A DNA stretch of 64,000 nt from a bacterium (GCA_043803945.1 JAZDJN010000032.1:12315-76314), one strand, 5' to 3'. Positions 20,960 to 31,051 are shown, numbered from the stretch's first letter. Program-made: numbers and translations. The notes: generated by a model not told the origin, from the sequence alone.

Positions 20960-21753
20960 TTTGTTTTGTGAAAAGCGGTCCACTGTATTTCCTTGGTGGA
21001 GTCACTCTTAAAGGTATCGCTGAAGATCATTTGCCGGTCCTGGAGAGGAGTGCTCCTGGTGCGGAATGTTAATCGTATCGCTTCAGCCAGCATCTCTGCG
21101 GCAAACGATTGATGCTGTGCCAAATGGATCACATCGTAGAAATCCTTCATTCGACTCGAGACAACATTAAACCGGATAATTGCCTCAAACTTTTCAGCTA
21201 TCGCGGATTCCAATGAATAGACCATGATATGTGGCGAGGGAAAATCCAGCATTGCCGGATACTCAATCTCGAGTGGACCAGCAGTAATCTTATCGCCAAA
21301 TCCTACATCAATTTGGAGAACGTTTCTTGCTCCTCCAATAGAACACCGGATAGCTGCGCGAAGGCCGCCGTACTCAGCTTGTTCTGCAATATGTTCTACA
21401 GCAATCGAGGTCGTATCAAACGTCACACCATCATCTGCGGTGATGGCTGCAATTTCTTCCATTGCAGATTTCATACTGTCAATATCATTCTTAACGCCTG
21501 AGCAGAGAAAGTCAATATCCTTCGTTGGGCGGTGGTTGGGCATTTGGTGGGTCAGGAAGAGCAGGGCTCCTTTAAGGATGAAGTTGCTTCGATACTGTGA
21601 AACAGAAAATCTATAGAGCAGTCGTTCCTGTGCATATCGAATAAGAACACGATTGTAATCCTGGCCGGTTTTCCTGGCAATGTTCAACAGTCGAGCTCGA
21701 ACCGATGCACCAACATTTGTTCGATGTGGTTCCATTTCTTTCTTTACGCTCAT
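20923..21753 (-). CDS. AbiEii/AbiGii-family nucleotidyltransferase toxin, C-terminus replaced by IS sequence
   Basis: FILKGA, RPTKDIDFL, QIDVGFGD, IAEKFEA, SRMKDFYD; the last codons lie inside IS copy C. Confidence 0.88.
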   Translation of the reverse strand: MSVKKEMEPHRTNVGASVRARLLNIARKTGQDYNRVLIRYAQERLLYRFSVSQYRSNFILKGALLFLTHQMPNHRPTKDIDFLCSGVKNDIDSMKSAMEEIAAITADDGVTFDTTSIAVEHIAEQAEYGGLRAAIRCSIGGARNVLQIDVGFGDKITAGPLEIEYPAMLDFPSPHIMVYSLESAIAEKFEAIIRFNVVSSRMKDFYDVIHLAQHQSFAAEMLAEAIRLTFRTRSTPLQDRQMIFSDTFKSDSTKEIQWTAFHKTNKLKSILLFCVN

Positions 21754-22349
21754 GAGACCATTGCTTTGATGTATGGGAGAATAATCGTTTTTACGCGGCA
21801 AACGGCGGCAAATTCATTGAGTTTCTTTATGTTCGAGTCTTTGCGTCGGAGATAATTCTTGAGTGCTTCGAGTGCAAGATTTTCACCGATCTTATTGCGG
21901 TATCGGAACATATCGCAAATTGTTTTTTCTTTGTTATACATGCGAACGATTCCTGCAGAAGTTCCAATTTCTTCAATACCTGCTCGGTAGAATCGCTCCG
22001 GGTAGTAGAAGAAACGGATCGGTGGAAATGCAATTTTGGGAGGTTTATCAGAGAGCGGAATTGCAACATAGATCTCTGATGGCACAAATGTGGAGAGGCC
22101 ATAATGAGCGATGGCTGACGCAAGTGCAATGATTCCTTTTGGGACCGCGTGCGAGACTTCTACTAGACTGGCATTTATGTCGGTGGATATGTTAATCTCC
22201 GGCAGTTTGTAAAGGCCAGATTTCACTTTTTCAATTTGTCCTTCCTGGACCAGTCTGGCGATATCCCTCGTCTGGAATGATGCGGCTCTTAGCTCGCTCA
22301 TTCGGGCAAAGCCGCCTTTTCGCTTGAGATATTTTAGGATATTGTTCAT
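21750..22349 (-). CDS. Type IV toxin-antitoxin AbiEi-family antitoxin
   Basis: N-terminal wHTH (GQIEKVKSGLY), ASAIAHYGLST, YNKEKTICDMFRYRNKIG; ATGA-coupled to the toxin. Confidence 0.9.
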   Translation of the reverse strand: MNNILKYLKRKGGFARMSELRAASFQTRDIARLVQEGQIEKVKSGLYKLPEINISTDINASLVEVSHAVPKGIIALASAIAHYGLSTFVPSEIYVAIPLSDKPPKIAFPPIRFFYYPERFYRAGIEEIGTSAGIVRMYNKEKTICDMFRYRNKIGENLALEALKNYLRRKDSNIKKLNEFAAVCRVKTIILPYIKAMVS

Positions 22350-22605
22350 TTCTCTGCCTGAATCATTTATCCTGTTGCTGAGATGTACTTACAGAATATT
22401 CGATTCATATGCAAGATGCAAAAGCCTTATAACGAATTTTCCTATCCAAATAAAGGGGAAGGATTGAATTCACAATGGGAAGGAAGCTCTTCCGACTATC
22501 GTTCCTCTCGGGGATAACGGATTATGACAATTATCTTAGCTCTTCCAAAATAGATTGACAGAGCAAATCTTTAGGTATCAGTCGCTTTTTACAATCGTGT
22601 GTACT

Positions 22606-22655
22606 TCCTGCTCTCGCTACAAAAAAGCAACGAGCCCGACTTAAATGTCGGGCTC
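22606..22655 (+). repeat. attR-like copy of the tRNA-Met 3' end plus terminator
   Basis: tcctgctctcgctac matches tcctgcccccgctac (8908-8922) at 13/15, then aaaaaagcaacgagccc as after the tRNA, with hairpin gagcccgac/gtcgggctc. Confidence 0.7.
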
Positions 22656-22727
22656 AATTATTTCGATGGTTTCTGATCCTATAATTACCAGTCACTCATC
22701 GTAAAGTTTCTAAGATTATTACCAGAC

Positions 22728-25700
22728 TTATCTCCTCTTTCTGAAATACTCCTTTACTCTATCCCCTGCATGCTCAAACACAATATAAAGCACTGGAATG
22801 ATGATGAGGGTAAGCACCGTTGTGGCGGTCAATCCACCGATGACAGCCCGGGCTAACGGCGACCACGTTTCGGAACCCGAACCCATCTCAACAGCGAGCG
22901 GAACCATCCCAAGAATTGTCGTTAATGCCGTCATCAACACCGGCCTCATTCGTGCCTTACAGCCGAACTCGACTGCTTCATACAGATCCATGCCATGATG
23001 CCGCTGTTGATTGATGTAGTCCACGAGAACGATTCCATTGTTCACGGCGATCCCCACAAGCATCACAATGCCGACAAGCACCATGACGCTGAACGTCGTT
23101 CCGGTGATCGCGAGAAATATAAAGACACCGATGATTGAAAGGGGGACGGTAAACATGATAATGAATGGATCTATGAAGGATTCAAACTGAGAAGCCATAA
23201 TCATATAGACAAGGAGAATTGCGGCGATGAACGCAAGGCCTAAATAGAAGAATGCTTCCTGCTGATCTTCGGCAGTCCCACCCACGATCACCTGATAGTC
23301 CGAGGGAATAGGAGTGTCGGCAATAATCTTATTGATGGCACTGACAGCAGTGGAAAGGTCTATACCGGATAATCCGCATCCCACCGAGACATACCTGTTC
23401 TGATTTTCTCTGTAGATCGATGGATTCGATTGCTCCTCCACGATGGTCGAAATGTCCTTCAATTTGATTCTGCCGCCTGTTGGCAGTGCCAGTTCGATCT
23501 GTTCCAGCGACTCTCTTTTGTTCCGGTACTCCTTTGCAAACTGGACATAGATGTCGTACTCATCTCCCTTTTCATGATACTGAGAAGCTACTCTGCCCTG
23601 AATGGCGGTTGAAATATTACCTGCAACCTGCAGTGTGGAGAGATTGTAATAATTCAACAGATCTTTGTTCAGGTGAACCTGCAGCTCCGGCGTCGTCTCT
23701 TTGGTGTTTAACGAAATATCGACCAGGCCTTTGACTTTTTCTAATTTGGATTTCAATTCATTGGCAAGAGTCTTGGCACCTGTGATATTAAATCCAATAA
23801 CTTTAATTTCAATTTCTCTTTCGGTAGTAATCATACCACCTTCCTGAAAGACATACGTGATGCCGGGCATCTGGTCGAATCGCTCACGCAATTTATCCTG
23901 GATGGCAAATTGTGTAGTTGTTCTCTTCTCCCGTGGAGTCAATTTTACCATGACCTCTATCGTGCTTGAGGTGACTCCGAACGCACCAAGGCCTTCCCGT
24001 TCACCATAAAAGATTGCCAGCGATTCAAAATCTTCTTTGCCGATGGTTTCTTTAATAATATCTTCAATGCTGTACGCATATATTCTTGTTTGTTCAATGG
24101 GAGTACCCGACGGTGATTCCATGACAGCATAGATCATAGCTTGATCTGATTTTGGCATAAATTCACCGCCAAGAAATGCCGCTAATCCACACGAAAGTAC
24201 GAAGAGGATGGTAACGGAGATTAATACCGTCTTTTTATGATAGATAGACCAGTGCAACGTTTTGCTATAGTTATCGGACAGCTTCAGTAACCAGGTGCCC
24301 ATTCTCTCCTTAATTCTTGTAAAAAGGTTTTCTGCTCTCTTCGTTTCTAGTTTCAGGATTCTGGTAGACATCATTGGCACTAATGTCACGGCAACTATTA
24401 ACGATACTGCCAGGCTGTACGATATTGTCAGCACCATGTCCTTGAACAATTGCCCGGTGATATTGGGCACGAATAACACCGGAATAAACACTGCAATCGT
24501 CGTCAGGGTCGAAGCGGTAATGGCCATGCCGACTTCGGTGGTACCAATATTCGCGGCATCCATGAGATTCTTTTCCATCTCATGGTGGCGGTAAATGTTC
24601 TCGAGCACCACGATCGAATTATCTACCAGCATCCCAATAGCAAGTGCGAGACCGGCCATCGAGATGACATTCAGTGTGACATTTGCCGCGTACATGACGG
24701 CGAATGTTGCAATGACAGACACAGGAATTGAAATTCCCATGATGATACTGCCGCGGATATTTCTTAAGAAGAAATAGATGACGGCAAACGACAAGACAAA
24801 GGCAATAATTGCAGAATCCCGCAGGTTACTCACAGACATCAGAATGAAATCCGACTGATCAAAAATGGGGACAAATTTCGTTCCCTCCGGTAATATCGCT
24901 TCAATCGAAGGGATCGCTTCTTTTACTTTCCTGCTTGTGAGAATAGTATTGGCGTCGGATTGTTTCATGATGATCAACATTACGCCTTCACCGTAATCTG
25001 CCCTGACCTCGTTTGTATTTTCCTTGTATCCATCTTCTACCACGGCAACATCGCTGACGTACACTGGCACTCCGTTTTTGTAAGTCAGAATGGTCTTCTT
25101 AATTTGTTCGAGGGAGGCATATTCGCTCAACACCCTGAGGTTATAGTTCTTTTCTCTCGTTTGAATAGTACCGGAAGGCTGCAGGCTGCTGCCGAACTGA
25201 ATTGCCTGCGTCACATCATTGGGGGATAAATTGTAGGACGCCAGCAATACGGGATTGATATTCACATTGATGCGCCTCTGTGAACCTCCCATCGTCTCAA
25301 CCGATGCAACGCCATCTACTCTCTCCACCAGCGGCTCGATTTTTTCTTCGGCTAATCGTCGTAGTTCGGCGGGGCCGAGATAGGGAGAGCTTATGCTGTA
25401 ATAGCTTATCGGCATCATCGAGGGATCGAACACAAAGACCAGTGGCTCTGAAGCATCAGCGGGTAAGTAATCTCTGATATAATCCAGATTCTTTCTGATA
25501 TCGTTTTCCGCCTGGTCCATATCGGTTCCATACCTGAATTCAAGAGTAACAATCGAGTTCCCTTTGGAAGACTGTGAAGTGACTTTTTCGATATTTTTAA
25601 CAGACGATACTGCTTCTTCGATCGGCCTGGAGATCAGGGTCTCAATATCATCGGGACCGACACCTGCGTAACTGGTTATGACCCCGGCAATGGGGAAGGT

Positions 25701-25820
25701 GATGTCCGGAAAAAAATCGATTTTCAATTGTGAAAAGGAAAAGAAGCTGAAAAGGATTATTACCGCATACACCATCATTAGCGTAATTTGTCGTTTGAGA
25801 GAAAATTTCGTGAGCAGCAT
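22728..25820 (-). CDS. RND efflux transporter permease (AcrB/AcrD/AcrF family)
   Basis: 1030 aa; GMLVDNSIVVLENI, ASTLTTIAVFIP, GIAVNNGIVLVD, RMRPVLMTALTT. Confidence 0.95.
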   Translation of the reverse strand: MLLTKFSLKRQITLMMVYAVIILFSFFSFSQLKIDFFPDITFPIAGVITSYAGVGPDDIETLISRPIEEAVSSVKNIEKVTSQSSKGNSIVTLEFRYGTDMDQAENDIRKNLDYIRDYLPADASEPLVFVFDPSMMPISYYSISSPYLGPAELRRLAEEKIEPLVERVDGVASVETMGGSQRRINVNINPVLLASYNLSPNDVTQAIQFGSSLQPSGTIQTREKNYNLRVLSEYASLEQIKKTILTYKNGVPVYVSDVAVVEDGYKENTNEVRADYGEGVMLIIMKQSDANTILTSRKVKEAIPSIEAILPEGTKFVPIFDQSDFILMSVSNLRDSAIIAFVLSFAVIYFFLRNIRGSIIMGISIPVSVIATFAVMYAANVTLNVISMAGLALAIGMLVDNSIVVLENIYRHHEMEKNLMDAANIGTTEVGMAITASTLTTIAVFIPVLFVPNITGQLFKDMVLTISYSLAVSLIVAVTLVPMMSTRILKLETKRAENLFTRIKERMGTWLLKLSDNYSKTLHWSIYHKKTVLISVTILFVLSCGLAAFLGGEFMPKSDQAMIYAVMESPSGTPIEQTRIYAYSIEDIIKETIGKEDFESLAIFYGEREGLGAFGVTSSTIEVMVKLTPREKRTTTQFAIQDKLRERFDQMPGITYVFQEGGMITTEREIEIKVIGFNITGAKTLANELKSKLEKVKGLVDISLNTKETTPELQVHLNKDLLNYYNLSTLQVAGNISTAIQGRVASQYHEKGDEYDIYVQFAKEYRNKRESLEQIELALPTGGRIKLKDISTIVEEQSNPSIYRENQNRYVSVGCGLSGIDLSTAVSAINKIIADTPIPSDYQVIVGGTAEDQQEAFFYLGLAFIAAILLVYMIMASQFESFIDPFIIMFTVPLSIIGVFIFLAITGTTFSVMVLVGIVMLVGIAVNNGIVLVDYINQQRHHGMDLYEAVEFGCKARMRPVLMTALTTILGMVPLAVEMGSGSETWSPLARAVIGGLTATTVLTLIIIPVLYIVFEHAGDRVKEYFRKRR

Positions 25821-25834
25821 GGGTTCATTTTCCC

Positions 25835-26941
25835 CTATTCAATGACATTCACAGATTGACCATCTTTAACGATATTCTGTCCGACAACGATGACAGAGTC
25901 GCCGATTGCAAGTCCATTGGTAATTTCTATCTGCCCGTTGTTGGCGATTCCCGTTTTCACCTCTTTCAGTTTAGCTTTGTTCTGTTCGATTACAAAGAGA
26001 AAGAATTTTTTCAAAGTGTGTTGAAGTCCTGTCTCCCTGTTGATGATGATTTCGGTCTGGGGAATCAATGCCGTCTCGGGAATCACCAGGCGATTAGCAA
26101 TGTTCTGAGTCTCGATAAAAAACTCACCGAATAATCCAGATTTAAGACTTCTGTCATTTGAGAGAAGTACTATTTCAACTTCCAGTGCCTTGGATGTCTG
26201 ATCGATAGCGGTATTGATTTTATTCACTCTGCCGGAGAATTCTCTTCCGGTGAGGGTTGGGAATTTGATAAGCACTCGCTGGCCGAGTTTCACCGATTGA
26301 ATATCAGCGCCGGTTAAATTTATTTTGGCCTTCATTTTCGAAGGTGAAATGAGTTGCACCACAGGCTGGCCCATCATCAGCGTTTGATTTTTTTCGACAT
26401 AGACAGCTGCAGCAATCCCATCGAAGGGTGCCTTAATCAACGTATTCTCCAACTGCTCCTTTGCCTGCTTTGCCATCGATGTTGCCTGATCAAAGGCATG
26501 TTCGGCAGTCTCCTTTGCTGTTCTCGCCTGATCGAATTGCTGCGGGCTGATCGCTTTTTCTGAGTAGAGTTTACGCATCCGTTCATAATCACTGGCGATC
26601 AGTTTTGCCTGTGCTTCGGCGGTTTTTAACGCGGCGTTCGCAATTTCCAGCCCCTGTTGCATGATGTCATTTTTCTGTTCAACAAGAATTTGGCCGTTCG
26701 TAACGGCCTGTCCCGGTATGATATGAATGTATTCTACCCGTTCCGCAACTTTGCTGTACAGGATAACATCCTCATCGCCGGCCACCGAACCTGTCGCCCT
26801 GATATATTGTGAGATGGATTCAGATTTGACGATGTACTTTTTTATCGGTACTGTTTTCCCGACCTGTTTTTCTTCTGATTGTGAACAGCCGGCAAGCAGC
26901 AATGCCAGCAAGGAAAAGAAAAGTGATAGTTTGTAACTCAT
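25835..26941 (-). CDS. RND periplasmic adaptor (membrane fusion) lipoprotein
   Basis: RBS gaggag; lipobox LLAGC; alpha-hairpin, IKAPFDG, GLAIGDSVIVVGQ. Confidence 0.92.
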   Translation of the reverse strand: MSYKLSLFFSLLALLLAGCSQSEEKQVGKTVPIKKYIVKSESISQYIRATGSVAGDEDVILYSKVAERVEYIHIIPGQAVTNGQILVEQKNDIMQQGLEIANAALKTAEAQAKLIASDYERMRKLYSEKAISPQQFDQARTAKETAEHAFDQATSMAKQAKEQLENTLIKAPFDGIAAAVYVEKNQTLMMGQPVVQLISPSKMKAKINLTGADIQSVKLGQRVLIKFPTLTGREFSGRVNKINTAIDQTSKALEVEIVLLSNDRSLKSGLFGEFFIETQNIANRLVIPETALIPQTEIIINRETGLQHTLKKFFLFVIEQNKAKLKEVKTGIANNGQIEITNGLAIGDSVIVVGQNIVKDGQSVNVIE

Positions 26942-26955
26942 GGTCTCCTCGAACA

Positions 26956-28302
26956 TTATTTCCAGATATTCTCTAACAGCCCGACTGATCTCAATAACGC
27001 CAGCTGGCTCACATTGTAGCGGTACACTCCCTGAAGATACTCAGTATTGCTTTTAGTATAGAGCAGTTGAGCATTGAGAACATCCAGCTGGTTGCTCATG
27101 CCCTGTAAATAAAGCAGGTTGGATATCCTCAGACTTTCTCTGTACTGCTCAAGCGTCTCTTTCAGGCTTTGCAGACTTTTTGATGTTTCGATATAGTTAT
27201 AATAGCTCTGTTCAACATCCAGCTCTATGCCCTGCTGCGCTTGTTTGACAAGCAGTCCCATCTGATCGGATTTCATTTTCGCAATCTGATAATCGAGAAC
27301 CCGCTTTCCGCCCTCCAGGAGAGGCCACGAAATTGAAAGTGTGATCGATTTCGACCTGATATAATCGGACCAGGCAACCCGGGCGTTATCAATCGGGGCA
27401 GAGTGATCGACGCTGCCGATAAGTGTGACGGAGGGGGTGAACTGTCCGAGTGCAAGATGTTCGCCGGATTTTGCCGCCTCCTGCTGATACTGCAGCGCTT
27501 TCATATCGTTTCTATGCTCGTTGGAAAGTTCTTTAAAATGTTCGAGCGGTACGGTAGAATACTCGTTGAGAAATTCCATTTTCTCCAGGCTGTCGACAAC
27601 AACCAGCGAATCGGTGAGCGGAAGATCCAGAAGGCCCTTCAATCGTTGGAAGGAAAGTTTATAATTTGATTGCGCAGATTCGAGAAGGGGGAGAGTCGAT
27701 GAATATTGTGCTTTCGCCCTTTGATAATCCAATTCAGTCGCAGTCCCGGCATTATAGAATTTCTGAACCTGATCCAGATTATGTTTTGCTACCATGACGG
27801 CTTCATCGGTGGATCTGGTTAACTCACCGGAAAGAATAATGCCATAGTATGCCTGCATCGCGTTCAGAACTGTTTCTTCTTTTTTCCCCTGTAATTCTTC
27901 AGCTAACGATTTCTTTATTGAATTCTGCATGGAATGATTCAACCATCTGCTGCCGCCGGTCAGAATAGGCAATGAAAGGCTCAACGCATGCTGGAAGGTG
28001 TACGGAGTTCCCACTACAAACCGCTGGCCCATAAAGACGAAGACCGGAAGTTCGATATTATTCTGTGCCAATCCCTGATAGCTTAATGAAGGCAGGAAAT
28101 AGGAGAGCGATTTCCATGTTTCCAGATTCTGGATATCATACTCAAGTGATTTCAATTTCAGGCTGAGATTGTCCTTCAAAGAACGATCAACAACATGTTT
28201 CCATGACAGAAAGATAATTCGCTTCTCAACTTGTCCATGCACCGTCGCCAGGGAAAGCGACAGGATGAGCAATAGGATCCAGGAAATTCTGCTTCTGATC
28301 AT
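26956..28302 (-). CDS. TolC-family outer membrane efflux protein
   Basis: Signal peptide; two OEP repeats (YNAGTATELD, YLQGMSNQLDVLNAQ); in an operon with MFP and RND. Confidence 0.9.
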   Translation of the reverse strand: MIRSRISWILLLILSLSLATVHGQVEKRIIFLSWKHVVDRSLKDNLSLKLKSLEYDIQNLETWKSLSYFLPSLSYQGLAQNNIELPVFVFMGQRFVVGTPYTFQHALSLSLPILTGGSRWLNHSMQNSIKKSLAEELQGKKEETVLNAMQAYYGIILSGELTRSTDEAVMVAKHNLDQVQKFYNAGTATELDYQRAKAQYSSTLPLLESAQSNYKLSFQRLKGLLDLPLTDSLVVVDSLEKMEFLNEYSTVPLEHFKELSNEHRNDMKALQYQQEAAKSGEHLALGQFTPSVTLIGSVDHSAPIDNARVAWSDYIRSKSITLSISWPLLEGGKRVLDYQIAKMKSDQMGLLVKQAQQGIELDVEQSYYNYIETSKSLQSLKETLEQYRESLRISNLLYLQGMSNQLDVLNAQLLYTKSNTEYLQGVYRYNVSQLALLRSVGLLENIWK

Positions 28303-28323
28303 AGCGGGTACCTCAATAATTCC

Positions 28324-28581
28324 TCAAGAAAGAAGTTCTTTATAAAAATTATCCCAGAGCGAGTTCTGGCTTAACCTGCTGTAGTCGATCATCATTTTCT
28401 CGAAAAAGAACGTATTGATGACTTCAACGAAAAGTTGTTCCTTGCTTTCGAAGTAATGATAGAAGGCTCCCCTGGAAAGTCCGATAGCCTTAACAATTTC
28501 GTTCATTGTCACTTCTTTGAAGCTCTTATGAAGGAAGAGGCAGAAGGAGGCTTTGAGGATATGTTCTTTGGAATCGCTCAT
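28324..28581 (-). CDS. TetR/AcrR-family regulator, short (85 aa; HTH without a full ligand domain)
   Basis: KEHILKASFCLF...VTMNEIVKAIGLSRGAFYHYFESKEQLF. Confidence 0.8.
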   Translation of the reverse strand: MSDSKEHILKASFCLFLHKSFKEVTMNEIVKAIGLSRGAFYHYFESKEQLFVEVINTFFFEKMMIDYSRLSQNSLWDNFYKELLS

Positions 28582-28600
28582 ATACCGACCGTTCGGTATA
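28581..28600. promoter_or_regulatory. Probable TetR operator
   Basis: Palindrome TATACCGA-ccgt-TCGGTATA touching the TetR start codon. Confidence 0.75.
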
Positions 28601-28656
28601 TAAAGTTTAATTATTCTTATACTAGGATTCAAGAAATTATTCCAAGGAATCCCTGT

Positions 28657-29645
28657 TGTCCTACTTCAAAAGTCCCTCCGGGCTAGAAATCTGTCATTAA
28701 TCGTACGATCAGGTAGCGATTTTGTAAACCGAGAACAGCATAGAAGGAGAATTTTTTGATGTGGATGAGCGGAGTGTGGGAGTATTTTACGTGAAGGGCA
28801 GTTTATTTCCTGAGAAGGAAATGGATCACCCTCGACCCACGAGGGCAACATTCGTAATAGATTCCTGAATGTTTCTTACGCGGCTTTTCTGAGATAGAAA
28901 TGATGAAGCCCGTTCGCTACGGCCACTCTATCAAACTCCTCATTGGCTTGGACTTTTCTCGGTTCAGGTGAGTCTTTGTTCAATCCCAGGTGAATCCGTT
29001 GATTGTTGTAATAGTGAATGTATCGTTTCAAAGATTCCAGCAAATGACGTTCATTAGAAAGGATTTCAGCGGAGTGATTCTTGAGAAATGTCTTCCAGGG
29101 TTGCCCGGTTGCTCTTTTGGATTTCTTGGGCATGTATCGCAGTACGGTAGATTCTGAAATATCAAATCTGAGTTTAAGCATCTCGCCGTGAACACGTGGA
29201 GCTCCCCAGAGTGGGTTTTCATTCGCAATCTGTTTGATCAGATTGATGTGCTCTTGCAGGATTGTTGGTCTACCGAGTACTGATCTGCTTTTCCATCTTC
29301 AATACAATTTGAATCCCTGTTGATGCCATCGGAGAACAGTTTCTGGCTTGATGATCAGCAATGTGCTTTTCCAGGAACTGAAGATGTTTGTGAAAATGGT
29401 GAAGAAGAATCTATCGGTAGTTCGCAGTCGAGGTCGAGGAGATGTGCGAGTCAATATTTCCAGTTGCTTTCTCAGATACACGATTTCAAGCTGGAGTTGA
29501 GTTCTTGATTTGAAACATCCGAGAAAGAACGATAGGAGGGATCTAACCATGTAAGCCTTTGCCCTGGTAATTGAGAGAGGACAAAGGTATCGATTTCAGA
29601 TTGAATTTACCACGTCATACGTGGATGGCGTTTTTACGAGGTACA
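28657..29645 (-). mobile_element. IS relic copy D, both IRs present; nonsense mutation and catalytic core deleted
   Basis: tgtcctacttcaaaagtccctccg (28657) ... ggatggcgtttttacgaggtaca (29645); ORF pieces 29299-29550 and 28876-29181. Confidence 0.88.
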
Positions 29646-29647
29646 GG

Positions 29648-30874
29648 CTAACGCTGAGTCCCGACGCTCAGCCCTGCTTTGATCGCTGCAACTGCTCCAC
29701 GATTTCCTCTGATGCCGCTCCAATTGTAGATGCACATATAACGGCATTTTGGATCCGATAACGTTCGAGTGATTGCTACGTGCCATGCCTCTTCGTCCTC
29801 TGTCCCCATGAGCATCCACTCCACGGCGCCCCAGAAAGAGGCGTCGCTCTTCTGCAGAACCCTCTGTACACCTCTATCTTGTGAAGGGTCAGCTGCATGT
29901 CTGTAGAAGCTCCATCCGGGACAGGCGAATGTGTTGAGCGCGGCGTCGTAGAGCAACTCCTCCTCTTTCCAACCACCAACATGCGTAAACAACTTCTCCC
30001 GCGGCACACCGAGCTCTGCTGCCAGAGCACACAGGTCGTCGAGGTGGCGCCGGACGATTTCAGCCAAGTCTTTTTCCTGTAGGGCTCCACTCTTCGACAA
30101 ACCGGCCGTCGTGACGGCTGCATAGCCACTCGCGACTACTCCGCGACCCGGTACCTGATCGGCCTTCAGTTCCTTCTGAGGATCCTCATTCTCAGGTCGG
30201 TCGAGAAGATCGTTCCCATTCGGATAGTAGAATGCGTTCACTCCAATTGAACTTTCCCATCCGAGTTTGATGCCGATGAGCAATGATTTCTTCTCATCAG
30301 GCAACTGCTTCCACCACTCAAGGACCAGGGGAATGAGAACTCGCATCTCATCATGACAGGCTTGGCGGTAGGGGGGACTCATAAGATTCGGGGGCGGGAG
30401 GACCCGGATCTGTCTTCCCCAATTCCGCCATGCTATTTTCATCGCGTGCTCAGGACCCCAACCCGTCCACTCCACATTCCACTGGTTCCGGGGATTGTAG
30501 CCATCACGCCCGGGATCCCACCAGTTCCAGAGGTCGGGGCGGGCTTCCCACCATTGTTCACCGTCAAGCTGCACGACTACCGGGATGTCGTATTGTTGCG
30601 CAAGAGAGAGAAATTCGAGTACGCGGGACTTGCATCGGTCACTGGGCTCATTCAGATATGAGAAAATTGCTCCAATACCTAAGCGAACATGAGCGGAACT
30701 CTTCGGGCTCTGAAGCTGTCGAACCTGTTCAAATACCTCCTCGTATTGTTCGCCCGGTATGATATTGACAACAAGGTACTGTTGTCTTGCGACGGCATCG
30801 CGTTGAACCGATAATAGGAAGAAAAGAATAACGAGTGCGGTCAGAACACCGTGTCTCCATTGTTGACGGGTCAT
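29648..30874 (-). CDS. Hypothetical secreted protein (Trp-rich, possibly a glycoside-hydrolase-like barrel)
   Basis: Signal peptide; WWEARPDLWNWWDP, GIKLGWESSIG, WGAVEW, IYNW; long uninterrupted ORF. Confidence 0.7.
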   Translation of the reverse strand: MTRQQWRHGVLTALVILFFLLSVQRDAVARQQYLVVNIIPGEQYEEVFEQVRQLQSPKSSAHVRLGIGAIFSYLNEPSDRCKSRVLEFLSLAQQYDIPVVVQLDGEQWWEARPDLWNWWDPGRDGYNPRNQWNVEWTGWGPEHAMKIAWRNWGRQIRVLPPPNLMSPPYRQACHDEMRVLIPLVLEWWKQLPDEKKSLLIGIKLGWESSIGVNAFYYPNGNDLLDRPENEDPQKELKADQVPGRGVVASGYAAVTTAGLSKSGALQEKDLAEIVRRHLDDLCALAAELGVPREKLFTHVGGWKEEELLYDAALNTFACPGWSFYRHAADPSQDRGVQRVLQKSDASFWGAVEWMLMGTEDEEAWHVAITRTLSDPKCRYMCIYNWSGIRGNRGAVAAIKAGLSVGTQR

Positions 30875-31051
30875 AGGCGTCAATGAATTTTGTGTGATTT
30901 GAAGATCGTATTCACAAGTCCGATACTCGATTTCATCCTTCTCAAAAGGATTAAGTAAATCGTCATAATCTATTGACTCTTAGCGCGTACCCTAGTATAA
31001 CTATATGGAGAGGAAGAGTCAAATGACTTGCAGGGGGGCGAAGAAAAGCGG

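Noticed and set aside
29299-29301. In-frame TGA in IS copy D as recoding (Sec or Trp)
   Set aside because: Other copies have TGG here, copy D is also deleted, and many genes in the window use TGA as stop.
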